Assembly (NCBI GenBank): GCA_020184695.1
Contig: JAANOX010000117.1
Coordinates: 124,001-188,000 of the forward strand
Direction: 5' to 3'
Source of the DNA: Histomonas meleagridis 2922-C6/04-290x
Taxonomy: Eukaryota; Protista; Parabasalia
DNA length: 64,000 nt
The position numbers and the translations under genes were made by a program. The stretch's first letter is position 1, and each line of letters opens with the position of its first letter. Positions 22,311 to 33,978 of this stretch are shown piece after piece. The notes beneath the pieces are model-generated. The model did no database searches, was not told where the DNA came from, and was given only the letters and a program-made list of their open reading frames with translations.

Positions 22311-23292
22311 TAGATATTGAATCAATTAACACCAGTTAAAAAAGCTCAATCACAAAATAAATAATCAAAATCAATTAAAAATGTCATTTATTTTCATTCA
22401 AATAATTTAAATTTGATTGGGAAAATATAATCTAGTTTTCCATCCTTTAAAGTTATCTAGATATTTCTCATTGAATCATTTATTTTATTTAATAAAAAAT
22501 ATTTTACAATTTGTTTGGTTTGAATTTACACATTTTTCGGGCAACTCTAAAAACGATGGAGAACGTTAAGATAAAGCAAAAGAACTTTTTGAGTGATTGT
22601 TATGTCATAATCATGGTTTGAATGTTCAAAAATTGCAATGATAAAATAACGATACGTATTCAAACACCTGCCCAAACTAGACTTGGTTGAATTGTTTAAA
22701 ATTAAAGTTCGATCATGTTTACCACGATTTATAATACTCACATAACTTAAGGACAAAACTGATGTTCAAAAAAATGCCTTTATCGTAATGTTTAATATTA
22801 TCTGATTTACAATTTTTTTTTTTTAATTTTTCTGGAATGAATTCGTTTGTATTAAAACGCTTTTATTGTAAAATATCATTTTTTAAGATTGTGTCATATA
22901 ATGTCACTTACTTATGTTGTTTCCTAAATTAAAATATTATTTAAATAATAAATAAAAGTTATATTCGACACACATGCTTTATATAACCTTGTAAAGAAAA
23001 GTTTATTTATGAATTTTAATCAAATAAAAAAAATTACGAAATAATTTTATTCGAAGGTGATTTTGTAATTTGAAAAGGAACTAAAACGATGAAAATAAAA
23101 ATTTCTGAGAGCTCAGAATATTTACATTTAATTCAGTTTGAACATGTATTTTTTGAATGTATTGTCTTCGGCAAGACAAACACTCTGACTTGATTTTATC
23201 CAGCCAAGTATACACAGAAACCGCACGACCACATTGATAAGTTTTTGAATGGGTTTTATAGGACTGAAAAATCAGTTTAATTTGTTGTTGTG

Positions 23293-23952
23293 ATGTCATG
23301 CTCTTTTAAAGCAAATACATTAAACAATGAAGCAAACCAAAAGCCAGAAGAAAGTACCCCTACTAGGGTTACACGTGGCCGTCCACATTGGGTTTCCGAT
23401 TATGATTCATTCACTCAGGCTTGGACTGCTGACTGGCAAAAATGTTCCACAAGAAGAAATGTTGGAGGAACTCAGAAATGTAAGTGGACCCCTGAAGAAG
23501 ATTTAATTTTGAAAAATTTTGTTGAAACTCATGGTACTCGCTGGTCTTTAATTCAAAGCTTTTTGCCAAATAGAACCGGAAAACAATGCAGGGAAAGATG
23601 GATGAATTACTTTGCACCTGGATTATCGAAAAACGATTGGACATCTGAAGAAGATCTGTTTTTACTCAAACGTCAATCAGAAGTTGGAAATAAGTGGTCA
23701 TTAATTAGCCAACAATTGCCAGGAAGATCCTCTTCTGCTGTTAAAAATCGATGGAATTGGCTTCTTAGACGTGGAATTCCAACACACCTTACAGAGTTCC
23801 AAAACATCATCTCACAAAAAGGTAATGGAAGCGTTTCAACGACCAAAGAAGCACCCAAATTTTCATCATTTTTCGAAAAGGATTTATACGTAGATGTTGG
23901 AGACGTTGATTTCAACGATTTTCTCAACTTAGAAACATTCCAATTTTATTAA
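23293..23952 (+). CDS. R2R3 Myb-like DNA-binding protein
   Basis: KWTPEEDLILKNFVETHG.RWSLI...RTGKQCRERW and WTSEEDLFL...GNKWSLISQQLPGRSSSAVKNRW. Confidence 0.92.
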   Translation: MSCSFKANTLNNEANQKPEESTPTRVTRGRPHWVSDYDSFTQAWTADWQKCSTRRNVGGTQKCKWTPEEDLILKNFVETHGTRWSLIQSFLPNRTGKQCRERWMNYFAPGLSKNDWTSEEDLFLLKRQSEVGNKWSLISQQLPGRSSSAVKNRWNWLLRRGIPTHLTEFQNIISQKGNGSVSTTKEAPKFSSFFEKDLYVDVGDVDFNDFLNLETFQFY

Positions 23953-24759
23953 ATACAGTAAATTGGATGGTTTAAAGCTATTTTATTTCATATTTTGTTT
24001 TCTGTTATTTACATCGTCCTCTTTATTCAATTTTTTTATCAAATATCTATCGGTTTTATTGAATTGAAGTAACGATGGACAACACATCACTTGTTATTTT
24101 ACATGAAACTTTTTCACCGTATTTTATTTCGACTTTTTGTACTGCTATCAGAATTTCTGGGTTGCAAAATTTGTTCATCGTCAAAAGGAGTTAGGAAACT
24201 TTTTCAATTGTCAATTTTGATTTACTCACAATTTGTTGTTTATTAACAGTGAATTTCGGCCGATATTTCATAAAATTGAATAAAAATAAAAGTTATAACA
24301 TGTGAAATGTACTGTAAAAAAACTTTCACAACAATTGCTACGGGGACTTCATATAAGGATAAAATGAATAAAAAAATTACTTAAAGCTAAGGTAATGGAA
24401 AATATTTCATGTAATTTTTCCTTTTTCACATCAGAAATAGTTTCAAAAAATAAATCAAAATCCTGGTTTAGATTTTATTATGAAGTATATATGATATGTT
24501 TTAGCAAAATTATGAAGAAAAAAAGCATTCTTTGAGGAAATGTTAGCAGAAGAAGACAATTTTTTACTTTGTTTCTGCTTTTTGAGTTATTATTTCGTCT
24601 ATTAAATCTGAATTTTATCTCAATCAAAATATTTGTATGTTTAATTAAACTAAATTTTATTCTGGATTAAATGAAAAATGATCAATATTGAGGCTTCCCA
24701 TTATAGGTAGTTTAAGTTTTTATTTAAAAGAAATTTTATTCTAAGTCGTCCTCACTCGA

Positions 24760-25669
24760 CATACTTCATTTACAACCAAAGTTTTCCATGGCTGGACCAA
24801 TTTTTATCATTTTAGTTTCCTTGTGAGAATTTATACACTTCAAAACAAAGGTCAAATACATAAACAAATATTTTCAACGTCCAAATTGATATCTTTTTTT
24901 GTTTATAAGTAATTTTACAATTTCGATATTATTATATTGACATTAAAGGTGTTTAAAACAATAAAAATAAATTACAATAAATTCGTAAAAACTGAAAACA
25001 TTTCTGATAAATATCATTATATTTGCACCTTTTTCAAGAAGTATTTAGAATTATTTTTGCAATTTCATTTGGATTAACACCTTCTTTAACATATTTCTTA
25101 TGAAGTTCCCAATCATTTGCTTTAAGTTTTTCAATATTTGCATCGAATATTTCTTCGATTTTCTTAATTGCATCAAATCAATTAAATAGACCTGAGCTTA
25201 TTTTATTACAATGTATAAAATAATTTGAGAATATGGATTTGCATTTACTTTCATCAATTATCCCTTTACTAATCATTTTCTCAATTAAGGAAAATTGTTC
25301 TTGTGTATAAGGAGATATGTAAATTAAATAGTTGGAAAATATTTTTTTGATTTTATTTTTATCATTATCTTTGTACATTTGCTCTTCTTTTAACTGAAGT
25401 GATTCTAAATAATTGAAGTATATATCACTAGCACATTAGGTTGAAACAAATATAGAAAAAACTAATATTGATATAGCAACATTGTATGAATGGATAAAAT
25501 CGAGTTCTATAAGTTCCAATGTTTCTTCAACTGAAGTATCAAGATTTTCATTTAACTTAAATATAATTTGCGTTATTGCAATTAGCTTTAGCAATTTCAG
25601 TGGATTGAATGTTGGTGAAAATATAACAACAATTGATGGATTTTCAACTTGCTTAACAAAACATATCAT
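24760..25669 (-). pseudogene. Degenerate DUF3447-type/ankyrin gene remnant
   Basis: Fragments IIFKLNENLDTSVEETLELI, QFSLIEKMI and KANDWELHKKYVKEGVNPNEIAKII lie in broken frames and resemble the 38477 gene. Confidence 0.6.
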
Positions 25670-26322
25670 GTCATCAAATTTAATAAGAAAACGTAAAATA
25701 TAAGGGTAATGATTTCAACGATACGTATTTGTGTACACAAATAAACCACAGAAATCAAACACCAAACGAAGTCATTGACTTTTTGATACTTATCGTTCCT
25801 AACCGTAAAATGTTTTGTCACTTTTATACGATACAGAGGTTATTTCCATTAAGTAAATCATTGCAAACTATAATCCACTTGAATAGCATAAATTTTCGAT
25901 CTCTTAACACAATAAGCCAATCTGGTGTGTTATAAAAATGTTTGTTATGATGTTAAAAAATATAAGAATATTTCTTTGCATTTTCTTTGTTGCATCCTTT
26001 TCTATTTCATGAAAAAATTTGGAATTTGTAAATATAAACATAACAATATGACCACAAAAATGTTTCTATTTATTGGCATTATATTTTTGTTTCAGAAACC
26101 TTCAGATTATTTTTTTACATTTTCTAAAAATTTACTAAAATCCATTTTTTTATAACACAAACATTTTCTCAAAGCTTCAAATAATTACAAAGAAAAAAAA
26201 ATAAAATAAAATTTTCTTTGTAACTATTAAAGTTTAAATTTTTCTTCTTTTTCCAGCAAAAAACATTCAAACAAAGCTTGTTAAAATTACGTTTAGAATT
26301 TCAAAATTTTTGTTGGGGATTG

Positions 26323-26847
26323 ATGAACATATTCCTTAGAGATATCTCGTCAAAACTCCAAAGGGTACAAGTAGATCCTTCCGTGACTCCTCATGAGATC
26401 TCGAAAATGCTCAACATGATTCCATCAAATGAATCTATCTTAACGTACGTGAAGAACGGAGAGATCTTAAGCCCGTACCTAACCATAGGATTTCAAGGAA
26501 TTGTGGAAGGTGATACAATCCATGTGATTTCCCGCAAATTGAATACGAAACAAAAGACATTCTCTTTTTGTAATGAATTCCAGAAAAGGATGAGAAGGTA
26601 TGAAACGGAGAGCAACGACCAATTTAGGGAGATACTTCGGTTAGCAGATCTGTACCTCATTCAGTTTGAATTCGGAAAATCAATGGATAATGTCTTTCGA
26701 CAGAACATTGAATCAAGCTCTTTTAGAAACAGTGAAGTGCAGCTAGGGTTTCAAACCAAAAACTCTTTCACTGAGACAGATGATAATATGATTCAAGATT
26801 TTATATCTGATAAGCCATTACCTACATGCTGGAATATAGACGACTGA
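26323..26847 (+). CDS. Ubiquitin-like-domain protein (hypothetical)
   Basis: MNIFLR...NGEILSPYLTIGFQGIVEGDTIHVI resembles a beta-grasp Ubl; C-terminal PLPTCW. Confidence 0.55.
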   Translation: MNIFLRDISSKLQRVQVDPSVTPHEISKMLNMIPSNESILTYVKNGEILSPYLTIGFQGIVEGDTIHVISRKLNTKQKTFSFCNEFQKRMRRYETESNDQFREILRLADLYLIQFEFGKSMDNVFRQNIESSSFRNSEVQLGFQTKNSFTETDDNMIQDFISDKPLPTCWNIDD

Positions 26848-27105
26848 CTTGTCATGTCCGGAATTCGAAGCTGGTGACGAAATGCGCGAACACATCAAGA
26901 AGTGAACTAATTAACCTCACTTCCTCCAATTCAATTTTGTGTTAGATTAACGGTTTCTCGTAGAATGCCGCCAAACATATTATAACGAATGTATCATCTT
27001 TGGAAGACTTACATTTAATAAAGATAGAAATAGTTAATAAGTGTTTTATTAAAAAAATAATTTTTCATTTAATTTTTCATATTAAATTCGAAGTTGAATA
27101 TATAT

Positions 27106-27330
27106 GCGAATCATTGCGATTTTGGGCATATTGATGTTGTTGAGAAGCTTCTTGAAAAAGATATTAATATTAACTTAAAAGATATTAATTTTTTATATTT
27201 CGTGTTGATTCATATGTTTCAAAGTTATATAATAATAATTGGAGTTAAATCTTATAATATGGTTCAGCACTTTATGAAGCATGTAAATATAGTCATATAT
27301 CATCTTTATCTATAAACACTTTAGTTATTT
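27106..27330 (+). pseudogene. Orphan ankyrin fragment with intact 80-nt cassette (27184-27263: R-K-G-G)
   Basis: GHIDVVEKLLEKDININLKD + 4x20 nt + SALYEAC. Confidence 0.7.
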
Positions 27331-27797
27331 CTTCATATCTACTTTCAATAGCATTATAAAATGGTGTTTCAAAGATAATCAAAAAATTCCAAAAATTATA
27401 CAAAAACATCAAAAATTAAAAACATATTTTAAATCATCAGCATTATTAAATAATGTTAGAAGACTATATTCAAGTTGTGACCTTGATAATTATCTGATAG
27501 TGTTTTATCCGAATCAAGAAGATATTCAATGATTTCATCTAACAACGCCTCTGATTTTGGCGCCAATATATTCTTTTTCAATGTTGTTGATAAGGTAATA
27601 ATAAAATTAGCCATTGAATCATGAGTAAAATGAAGTTGTTCATGTGATTTAAAGAAGCTATAGATTTGTTTGAAAACCGCAAAATTAACATAAAAAGTCG
27701 TTTTTGTTGTAAAAGCAACTTCGTTTTTCAATGGATAACGATCATAACCACTTGCAAATACTTGAAAAAATATGTCAAATTAATGAAATAAAATTGT

Positions 27798-28929
27798 TTA
27801 GAAGCACTTGCGGTGGACAATTCCTGGACCGGCTTCGTTGTATTCGTCACGTGTGATAACCATTTGTGGGAATGTGGCAAGGGAGGCAAGGATGGAGCCA
27901 CCGATCCAAACTGCGTACTTACGTTCTGGTGGGGCGACGACTTTGATCTTCATTGTTGGTGGTGCGAGGCGGACCATTTCCTTCTCCATACGTTCTGGGA
28001 GACCTTCGAACATTGTGGTACCACCAGAAAGAACAATGTTAGCGTAGAGATCCTTACGGACATCGATATCACATGCCATGATGGAGTTGAAGAGGGTTTG
28101 ATCAATACCTTCGAATTCGAAGCCATTGAAGTGTGGCTTGAAAAGAAGTTCTGGGCACCTGAAGCGCTCGTTGGCGATGGTGATGACGTTGCCATCTGGA
28201 AGTGTGTATGAGATGTCGCATTCGGATGTTGTGGCGGCCTTGTTCATTTCTTCGTCGAAATCAAGTGCAACATATGCGTGCTTCTCCTTGATATCACGAA
28301 CAATTTCCTTTTCGGCGGATGTTGTGAAGGTGTAACCACGTTCGTTAAGGATCTTTTGGAGGTAGGCTGTGAGATCACGACCGGCAAGGTTGATACGCAT
28401 GATGGCGTGTGGAAGGGAGTAACCTTCGTAGATTGGAACTGTGTGGGAAACACCATCACCTGCATCGAAAACGATACCGGTTGTACGACCTGAGGAGTAA
28501 AGGGAAAGAACGGCTTGGATACCAACATAAAATGCTGGAACGTTGAATGTTTCGAATTGGAGTTGGATCATCTTTTCACGGTTGGCCTTTGGGTTCATTG
28601 GGGCTTCTGTAAGAAGAACTGGATGTTCAGCTGGGTCAACACGTAATTCGTTGTAGAATGTGTGGTGCCAGATCTTTTCCATATCGTCCCAGTTGGTAAC
28701 GATACCGTGTTCAATTGGGTACTTAAGGATAAGGATACCTGCCTTAGCGCATGCTTCATCACCAACATATGTATCCTTGTTTTTGACCACCTGCGATTGT
28801 TTGGACATACTTTGGACGACCAACAATGGATGGGAAAACTGAGCGTGGTGCTTCATCACCAGCGAAACCAGCCTTGCACATACCGGAACCATTATCGATA
28901 ACTAATGTTTGAACTTCGTCTTCAGCCAT
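27798..28929 (-). CDS. ACT: Actin, with a +1 homopolymer frameshift at 28770-28774
   Basis: [24 protein letters not shown]...PGIVHRKCF; [13 protein letters not shown] is restored by removing one base from the T5 run. Confidence 0.95.
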
Positions 28930-29904
28930 GAAAACTAAAATGAGGTGATAAGCCGGTGATGTGAATTTGAATGGTGTAAAGCGGACAATATCAAATGGCG
29001 GCATATATTAACGGTCAGTGAAAAGAAATTTGTGTTTGGTTGGCGGTTTTGCATTCAATTCTTGGACAATTTTTATGTGTCTTGGAAAGAGGTTTAATTT
29101 CGTTTTTTATCTTATGAATAAATAATAACATTTGTTGCATTTGAATTAACATTTGGCTTGGATTTTAATATCGTTATATTCTATTGTTTTAAAATTTGGT
29201 TCAAAGATTAAGTTCGATCTTAATAAAATAATTTTTATTTTATCAGGAAAAACTTTATAATGACGCCTATTCTTTTACATGAATAATTTAGATGAATTTC
29301 CTGTTTTTGATTTAAAATCAACAAACAGTCGTGAAAAATGTTTCTGGAATAATTGAGTCCAAAATGATCGTTTAAAACGATAAAAAACTTTTGCAAATCT
29401 ACAGCTGATTTTATATGATTAAATTTTCCTTCTTATTGATAAAGAAACGTAATAGTTTGGAAATAAAAAGTAGTATAAAATCTAAAAATTAAATCTTCAA
29501 ATGAAAAGCACTGTCAACCAGCTTTCCCTCTTATAGATTTCTTTTTAATTTTAAAATTATTTGAACTTCAAGTATGTATTCAATTCTAAAGCCCAAAAAA
29601 GCATTTTGAAATTTTGGAGATTGCTCATAAAAAAATAAGATAACATAATTTGGAAAAGATAATTTTATTGAATAGAATGTGTATACTTATTTATTTATAT
29701 TTTTTTTGCATTTAGTTCAGTGGAAAATGAAAAAAATTGATTTTCTGATTTGAAGCGACCGTTTATTTGGTTGAAAGCGTCTTGTTCGAACGATTTTTAC
29801 CGTTTTTTGAAAGCACCGTTTGTCCTATCAATGTGACCTGACATTCAAACAGCTTTTCAATCAGTCGTTCAAAATTGAACGAAAAAGATTTTCAATGTTT
29901 TTAT

Positions 29905-29909
29905 TCACT
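29905..29909 (+). promoter_or_regulatory. Trichomonad initiator element (TCACT)
   Basis: Matches the TCAYT/A Inr consensus 6-10 nt upstream of the ATG at 29915. Confidence 0.55.
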
Positions 29910-29914
29910 TTCTC

Positions 29915-30523
29915 ATGTCCGAAAGACACGATGTAGGCATATACGCTGACTACGAAAAAAAGCGTGCAGAAGAATATGACTATGCTCTTGAAAAGCAAGT
30001 TCGTGAATGGATGGAAGCAGTTCTTGGAAGACCACTTGAAGGACCCTCATTCCGTGAAGCCTTAATGGACGGCTCTGCTGTTTGCGAACTTATCAACAAG
30101 CTATATCCTGGAATGATTCCAAAAATTCATAAATCACCATTAGTTATGTTCCGTCGTGAAAACTTTGGTTTCTTCCAAAATGCATGCGTTAAGATAGGAT
30201 GTAAGGATAATGAAACAGCAGTTTTCGAGGATGTTTATGAAAATCGTAACATGAATCTTTTCTTAATCAATATTGTTTCTCTTGCAAGAAATACTCAATA
30301 CAAACCAGGATACTCAGGCCCAATGCTTGCAGCAGCACAACCACCAGCAGCTGGACAAAAGCAAAACTTTACAAAGGAGCAATTAGCTAAAGGTTATTGC
30401 GGTCCAACTGCACAGCAAGCTGCAGCAGAACAAATGGGCAAGACAAAGGATCACTTCCGTTATGTTGAACACGGAATCGTTAGTAATCCTGATGAAAATC
30501 TTTATCATGGCAATAAGCATTAA
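29915..30523 (+). CDS. Calponin/transgelin-like CH-domain protein
   Basis: EKQVREWMEAVLG...FREALMDGSAVCELINKLYPG...ENFGFFQNAC..IG. Confidence 0.85.
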   Translation: MSERHDVGIYADYEKKRAEEYDYALEKQVREWMEAVLGRPLEGPSFREALMDGSAVCELINKLYPGMIPKIHKSPLVMFRRENFGFFQNACVKIGCKDNETAVFEDVYENRNMNLFLINIVSLARNTQYKPGYSGPMLAAAQPPAAGQKQNFTKEQLAKGYCGPTAQQAAAEQMGKTKDHFRYVEHGIVSNPDENLYHGNKH

Positions 30524-30635
30524 ACATTAAGTTTGGTGAAAATAGTTATTACTTGATTTTGTGGGTAAATTTTCATTCGTGGCGGTTCATTATGCCAAAC
30601 AAAAAAATCCAATTATTGCTATATATATTTATAGT

Positions 30636-32279
30636 TTACACGATCACCCATTGGTTTAAATCTATATGCGAATACAAATGTTTTGATTCTTCTTCTGTTA
30701 AGATTTCGAGTCTTTTGATTTGCTTTTTGACATACTCTCTAATCGAAGGTCTTTTGGCTCCCATTGTCATTAAGAAGCTTAACAAAGCTGATTCGTCTGT
30801 TATTCCATTTGTTATTGTTATTGCCTCAATACATCTCAAACATAATTCATCTGAAACTTGATCAGTTAACAAGAACTCAGAAAACTCACGTAAGAACCCA
30901 CGTTCCAAAGGAGCGCAAGAGGTTATTAATCTTGTTAATAACTCAGTAATAGTTGGCGTCATTTGAAGGAGTTTTTCCCTTAGAACGATCACCAACTTTT
31001 TCTGAAACTCGTCCGACTTTTTCAAAGATATCAGAACATTTAACGTTCGCTTTGTTGTTTTTTCTTCTGTCAGAATTGACTCAAGGAGTGCATCAGCCAG
31101 CATTGGCGCAGCAGTGTCTGATATCTGAGCGTTACAAATCTCAGGGATTGCTTCAGCAAACTCAGGTATGTTAAAGTCACAACCATCTAAAGAAGCAAAA
31201 AGAACTAAGTTATTTGGAGAAGGTGGAATTGAGCTTAAAAATTCTCGAATTTTCTCATGCGCTGATGGAAGCTTTAATAGGAACTTCGCAATGTTAATGT
31301 TTTGTTTGAGTGTTCCTTCTTCATATGGGAATCTTTCTGATATGAAACTTAGAAAAGGATCCAAATTAACTTTGGAATCAAGTTGATAAACGACATTAAG
31401 TAAATTACAAATACATGAAATAGCTTCACTCTGATCATCACCACCAATAAGTTCAAAATGAGCAGTAAGATTAACTAATAAAAGATCAATGCTTTCAAGT
31501 TCTGTGGTTCCCAAAGAACATTGTGGACGAAGACGATACGAAAATGTTGCATTTTTTGGAGGGAACAAATTTGGAAAAGTAAACTCCTTATAACTATGAT
31601 ATAAAGTGTTTTCTTTTGTTTGTGTGAATCGTAACATAACTTTAGAGATTACTTTTGTAAAGATAATCATGTCTTCAACTTTCATAGCATACTTTATCAT
31701 TAAGGGAAAGAGCTCAAAAAGAGATGGAATGGGTTGGAGGTTTGGAAGAGATGCTATTTTTTCAAGTAGAAAGGCTGATTGTGATTTGATGGATGGATTT
31801 GGATTTGATAATTGAGCACTGATATGACGAACAAATAGAGACGCAAAGGGAGAACACTGCTGAGCAAATCTATTCATAATCCATGAAATTAAATTTTGTG
31901 CATGCTCACGGACTTTAGGATCGGGATGCCGAAGATGGTGTAATATTGAGGCAAGAATTTCACTTATTTTGGGTAAAAATAAATCTGTTGCTCTTGGTAA
32001 AAATGATAATAGACCTGTTAATCCAGATATTACTTTTTTATCGTTATCTGAATGACAGAGTAAAATCAAATCATTAAGTTGCTGTATATTTGGAAGTGAT
32101 GGTTCTTCTTCAACATTTTCAAATTTTTGTTGAGTTGGAACACGTAATCTAGCAGTTTGTAAATCAATTTTTGTATGACTTAAATGCTTATGCTTTCCAT
32201 GCCCGAGATTTGACTTCCTCCTCTTGAAATCTGCATTTTTATCTGATTTATTTTTCTTGTTTAGATTAACTTTACCCAT
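30636..32279 (-). CDS. Pre-rRNA processing protein Ipi1/TEX10-like
   Basis: Basic N-terminus (ADFKRRKSNLG..TKIDLQTARLRVPTQ) followed by the HEAT-like region DPKVR. Confidence 0.75.
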   Translation of the reverse strand: MGKVNLNKKNKSDKNADFKRRKSNLGHGKHKHLSHTKIDLQTARLRVPTQQKFENVEEEPSLPNIQQLNDLILLCHSDNDKKVISGLTGLLSFLPRATDLFLPKISEILASILHHLRHPDPKVREHAQNLISWIMNRFAQQCSPFASLFVRHISAQLSNPNPSIKSQSAFLLEKIASLPNLQPIPSLFELFPLMIKYAMKVEDMIIFTKVISKVMLRFTQTKENTLYHSYKEFTFPNLFPPKNATFSYRLRPQCSLGTTELESIDLLLVNLTAHFELIGGDDQSEAISCICNLLNVVYQLDSKVNLDPFLSFISERFPYEEGTLKQNINIAKFLLKLPSAHEKIREFLSSIPPSPNNLVLFASLDGCDFNIPEFAEAIPEICNAQISDTAAPMLADALLESILTEEKTTKRTLNVLISLKKSDEFQKKLVIVLREKLLQMTPTITELLTRLITSCAPLERGFLREFSEFLLTDQVSDELCLRCIEAITITNGITDESALLSFLMTMGAKRPSIREYVKKQIKRLEILTEEESKHLYSHIDLNQWVIV

Positions 32280-32547
32280 TTTTTATGGAAGCGACCACAG
32301 TTTCTTTCTTGAAATCCAGATAAGTTTAAATGGAACTTAATAATTCTTGTTTGGACAAAGCCTTGTTTAGCTCAATTGTTGTGGTTTCTTTCCTCGCCTT
32401 TTACTAGGGAAGACTGCGGGCTAAATGGATGAAACTTTTCATCGGGCTCGAGCCGCAATTTTTTCGCGAGTTCGAATTACTGATGTATCATTTTTTTTGC
32501 TTCTAGAAATTTCTTAACGTTCTCTGGTTAAAATCACAAATCAAAAA

Positions 32548-33423
32548 ATGAATATTATCTTAGATAAAATTGAAAAAAATGAAATATATAGAACCACATT
32601 AATGGACTTGTCATGTCCTATTTATCTTAAAGGTGACTCAATTTCTGGATATATTGTTATATCAAATCAAAAGGAAGAAAAATTTCCATATAAAAGGATT
32701 ACTGTTAAACTCATTCCCCGCTACTCAATGGCAGGTAGCACGGTTATTGATGAACAGCAAATAATGGTCATTACGCCACCTATTCCAACTGGTAATGCAA
32801 AAGAATTCAAAGTCAAATTTGTTCTAAACAAGCCCAATATCAGAATTCCATCATATTTTGGTAAATTTTTCAAATTTACATATTATATTGAAGTCATTTT
32901 AAAGAAAAATATTCTTTATGAGGTAACTAAAACCTACGAAATTGTATTTCTTGATCCAGAGTCCATGGCTCTAGCATCAAATTATACAAAAACAGAAAAG
33001 ATAGATTTTCGCCCAATTACCTTTGACTTAATTCTTGATCATACTCAATACAGCACGCAGGACAACATCACAGGTTTAATTAAGTTCCCCAAGAATGAGT
33101 TATCTGGGATTGAAAGTATTGATATCTCAATCTCATTAAAAGAAACACTTCGTGGAAGCAAATCGAACGAAGAGGAAATCCTCAGATATCAAGTTGTTGA
33201 TGGCTGTCCTATGCCTGGGAGCAATATTTCCTTCATTATACAACTTGCGCCATATCAACTTTGGGTAACAAAATTCGATAATTCGAACAAATTAAATGCG
33301 CAATATTTCCTTCACGTCCTATTGTCCAGACATGGGAAGGATGGGACGTATGTCGAAAATGTGTGTAATGTCGCGTTGAATTTAATATATAAAAAGTTGG
33401 AAAATAAAGGAAAAAAATATTAA
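32548..33423 (+). CDS. Vps26-family (arrestin-fold) protein
   Basis: IYLKGDSISG, PSYFGKFFKFTYYI and RYQVVDGCP motifs match retromer Vps26. Confidence 0.75.
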   Translation: MNIILDKIEKNEIYRTTLMDLSCPIYLKGDSISGYIVISNQKEEKFPYKRITVKLIPRYSMAGSTVIDEQQIMVITPPIPTGNAKEFKVKFVLNKPNIRIPSYFGKFFKFTYYIEVILKKNILYEVTKTYEIVFLDPESMALASNYTKTEKIDFRPITFDLILDHTQYSTQDNITGLIKFPKNELSGIESIDISISLKETLRGSKSNEEEILRYQVVDGCPMPGSNISFIIQLAPYQLWVTKFDNSNKLNAQYFLHVLLSRHGKDGTYVENVCNVALNLIYKKLENKGKKY

Positions 33424-33978
33424 CTAAAAATTTTATATTTGTTAACTTGTATATATTTGGCGTGTTATAAAATAAGTTTATAAAATGAGATTTTAATGGA
33501 TAGCAATTTTAAATTTGGGAATATTTATAAAATTTTATGAATATGATAATAAAGTAATGATTTTTCATTCTGTTTCGTAATTTATTCCTTAAGTTGGGTT
33601 TCGTTCTTCATAATGCTCTGATAATTAACAAAGTTACATAAATATTGATATCTTGGATTCTCTTATATTGGATATTTATCTTATCACGATTTTTCATGCT
33701 GACATAAGTGAAAATATATCTCAAAAAAAGTTTTTATTTTTAAATGTTGTTAACTGTTTTCTTTTCTATACACATATCTTTGTTCATTTGCTTGAGTTTT
33801 TTTCCACATATTTCTAATTTTATGTATTCCAATATATCCAATTATGAATTAATGATATAAAATGGAATGGAAAGATAATTAATGCAATGAAAGATTAAAA
33901 AGTATTATAGCCAAAATCCTTAAAAAAATATTATATCGAAAATATATTTTATTACACATAAGTATACAATTAACACAA

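Noticed and set aside
22547-23299. Short minus-strand ORFs upstream of Myb, and ORFs 27456-27731, 56209-56436, 63327-63575
   Set aside because: No recognisable motifs, mostly non-ATG starts; compatible with chance.
27808-28901. Multiple overlapping + strand ORFs in the actin region (also antisense ORFs over RPL5, Ras, CTL)
   Set aside because: Shadow ORFs caused by the higher GC and codon bias of highly expressed genes.
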